Assembly (NCBI GenBank): GCA_013115145.1
Contig: JAAPAO010000069.1
Coordinates: 1 to 64,000 of the forward strand
Direction of reading: 5' to 3'
Length of the DNA: 64,000 bases
DNA from: Perkinsus chesapeaki ATCC PRA-425
Lineage: Eukaryota; Protista; Perkinsozoa
The notes below the pieces were generated by a model. The model was not told the DNA's origin. It was given only the letters and a program-made list of their open reading frames with translations, and ran no database searches. Below, piece by piece: positions 61,501-64,000 of this stretch; the first letter of the stretch is position 1, and each line of letters opens with the position of its first letter. Both the position numbers and the translations under genes were made by a program.

Positions 61501-64000
61501 TAATCATATAACTGTCCTATTATACGGTAATACTGGAAGATGACTATTAAGTCAGCCTGGCCAGCCCCCCCCCCCCCTTCCTCACATCCGCTGCACTTGG
61601 AATAATTATCGTAGCCGCCTCTGTTGTATCCCCTTGCTTTATTAACTGCTCCTTCTTCTTAATATCATTAGCAATCTACCATTACCATACAAACCCACAT
61701 CCCCTTCCAGTTCTACCTTTTGCTGTCTAAAGTGCCTTGGCAGCCTCGCCACTACGGTCAATGTTGTCGTCATATCTCGGCAAACCTATTCCCCAACCTC
61801 ATACCGCCGCTCCGCTCCTCAACACCCACATTTTGAAGCAGTTCCTTCAATTGGTTCATCGACGGGTTAAAGTCCATCCGATGCCCCTCCAACATAGCAA
61901 AGAGCTTGAACAGAGGAGTGACCTCGGTCTTGCTATCACCATTCAACGCCCGACTCAGTTCTCTCAGGCTGTTCTTCATCGACCTCTTGAGAGCCTCCAA
62001 TACGACCATATCAATAGACTCGACATAGCGACGCCACTCCCGCTGAATTTCCGGTGGATGTGTCTGATTAACAAGATGCATCACCCTACCGACCCTTTAC
62101 CCCACTCGACTAGAGATAATCTGTGACATTTTTATTCCTAATGGCGACATGCTAACAAACACCAACGTACCGATGCCGGAATATGTTGTACAGCTATCCA
62201 GAGCTCCCGATATGATCTCATACAGTATGTCAACCTACCTTCATATCACCATGTCAAGCTATCTGGTACATTCTAGAGCAAGCCAGCCAGCGCTTTAGAA
62301 GATATATTGGATTACCGAGCTCAGATTCTTCCCCCAGAGCAACCAATAAGTTCTCCTATATACTACCTCGAAGAACTGATATGTCCTTAGTAGCAGATCT
62401 GTTATCCTCTGATGATGCTGTACTAGATACCCTTCAACATGGCTCTTATAGCTCGACTGCATCTGCTGGAACTCTGACGCTCGATAAGCCACCTTCTTTT
62501 CTATCCTTATTAGCAGCTTGCTCTCTATGGCCGCACATGACTCCATAATTTTAGCATGATTAGACTTGTACTGCATAACAATATCATGGAGCTTCGAGCA
62601 TTCTTTACAGGCGCCTCGAACGAAGAACTCCTTGATGCCTTGGGATGTCCAAGTGTATCTGCTGTAACAGTACGCAACTGCTAACACTGATCAAGAATAT
62701 CTAACAAAAACCTGATACTGATAATACCAATCAGACTCACTAATAGATGAACAACGTTCAAAAAGGCTACGAGGCTTTTGGGGCCGTTTAACAACCTTAT
62801 TTGGAAATTGACCTTTGTGTCAGCTTCTTGTAGAATCTATTCTGAAACGGCCTATCGCCACCCGACTCAGTCAACAGAGGATCAGTCTTCCCCTACTCCA
62901 CGCCTCACCAATACCAACAGCTGATACCCCAGCTAAAATGACCTGCCGCTTACTTTTGTATCCCTGGGCCGATCTTCCTATCCAAGTTCCTCAAATGCTG
63001 CGTGAAGAGCTTCCTCTCCAATGGTGACAATGCCTCTATTATATCGTTATATTCCCTCACAACCCTCATAACGTGCTCCCGGAGGATCCTCATCTGCTCT
63101 CTATGGGTCGACAAGTCGTGGGCAGCATACGGCACGACTATCCCTGAGCCAACGTCTGCTTCAAAGCATCCCCTTCCCCCGCCCCCTCACCAGCGCCTTG
63201 AATCTTCTCCCAGTAATACACTTCCTTGAGGACCCTCGAAAGCCCCTTATCGAAGTTATTTTCAATCAGATAACCTCTTGGCCCAGTCATTGCCGTTGCT
63301 GGCACATTCCGATTGCCGTCATCAGGCCTACCACGCCAGCTGTCCAACTACCACCTTCAGCTCTCCAGCGCTTACCGGCAAATCAGGCTCTGTGTCAGAC
63401 GCTTAGGAAGATCCTCCCCCCCCATCGCCTTCAGTTCATTATGCCACTCATTAAAGGTCTGCTGGGAAATGCAGCAAGAAGCTTCCTGTGAGTCCTCACC
63501 TGGACAGCATAGCCCTCCAGCTGGGCGCATAGATTCTGGAACCCCTCTCGAGCCGTTGTCTGCTCCTTCGAGTCAGCCAACACGCCCCCTTCTATCAGCT
63601 CGTCGATCGCCTAACAGTCCCCTCAGCTTAACCCTAACCGAGCCCACAGCTACCTCCCATTGGCGCTGCAGTCTAAGTATCACTCCCTTCGCCCACAGAG
63701 CTTGTCCTGCATACTCAGGGTGCTCCGCAGCTACTGGCAGCAAAGGGTGCTTTCGGAACTGCTCAAATTCTCTCTTAATAGCAGCTTGTTCACCGACAAA
63801 GATGCCATACCTGCAGTCAACACCTGCCGGACTAGAGCTCAAGCTCGTCTCGACTTACACTGTAGACGATTTCCTCTGAACAAATGCCATCACTCTTTCC
63901 CTCTTCGCCAAAGTGTAAAAGTTGTATATTAAATCGCACGCCGACTCCACAGTAGACACGTTCTCAAACGCCGAGTTAATAACGTTGGTGTACATAATCT
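46508..64000 (-). CDS. DNAH2: Axonemal dynein heavy chain, DNAH2/inner-arm I1-beta-like; 5' end beyond the window
   Basis: P-loops [24 protein letters not shown] and GVGGSGR; FDEFNRI; stalk KPPELV...FDKDNI; C-terminal [11 protein letters not shown]. The subfamily call rests on remembered similarity. Confidence 0.9.
56590..56636. repeat. 47-bp near-perfect palindrome in dynein intron 56477-56722
   Basis: ACCATAATCGCCGTAGCACCGAA-C-TTCGGTGCTATGGCGATAATGGT, with arms matching at 21 of 23 positions. Confidence 0.9.
58768..58798. repeat. 14-bp-arm hairpin in a long dynein intron
   Basis: CCCCGAACAGTAGT-AGT-ACTATTGTTCGGGG, with 13 of 14 Watson-Crick pairs plus one G-T. Confidence 0.85.

Noticed and set aside
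1-64000. CRISPR arrays, rRNA, spliceosomal snRNAs and SL-RNA genes
   Set aside because: No regularly spaced repeats or diagnostic conserved motifs were found on either strand by eye.

Overview
Eukaryotic, gene-dense genomic window with many very short (about 40-60 nt) GT-AG introns. The gene families and intron style point to an alveolate protist, most likely Perkinsus (inference, no database search run). Left to right: a possible mobile-element end abutting a truncated aspartyl protease; two tandem multi-TM class-3 lipases; an SR splicing factor; a TM-RING E3 ligase; C1D/Rrp47; tRNA-Ile(UAU); a divergent Sec61-alpha; a MORN3-like gene; several secreted or membrane hypothetical genes; ARL1; two tandem ELO elongases; a Nudix hydrolase; an LRR protein; two duplicated sphingomyelin-synthase-family genes; a CAF1 homolog; and the 3' ~17.5 kb of a DNAH2-like axonemal dynein heavy chain running off the right edge. 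No rRNA, CRISPR array or prokaryotic features were seen. The most notable signals lie in unusually long introns and in degenerate catalytic sites: an interrupted tRNA-His-like gene with a GTC anticodon lying antisense in an intron, a second intronic antisense tRNA remnant, a B-box structured element, a candidate poison exon in the SR gene, a probably catalytically dead CAF1 with a polyproline tail, long palindromes in dynein introns, and mosaic homogenisation of three tandem lipid-enzyme gene pairs. Exon boundaries were derived by eye, and gene ends of hypothetical genes are approximate.
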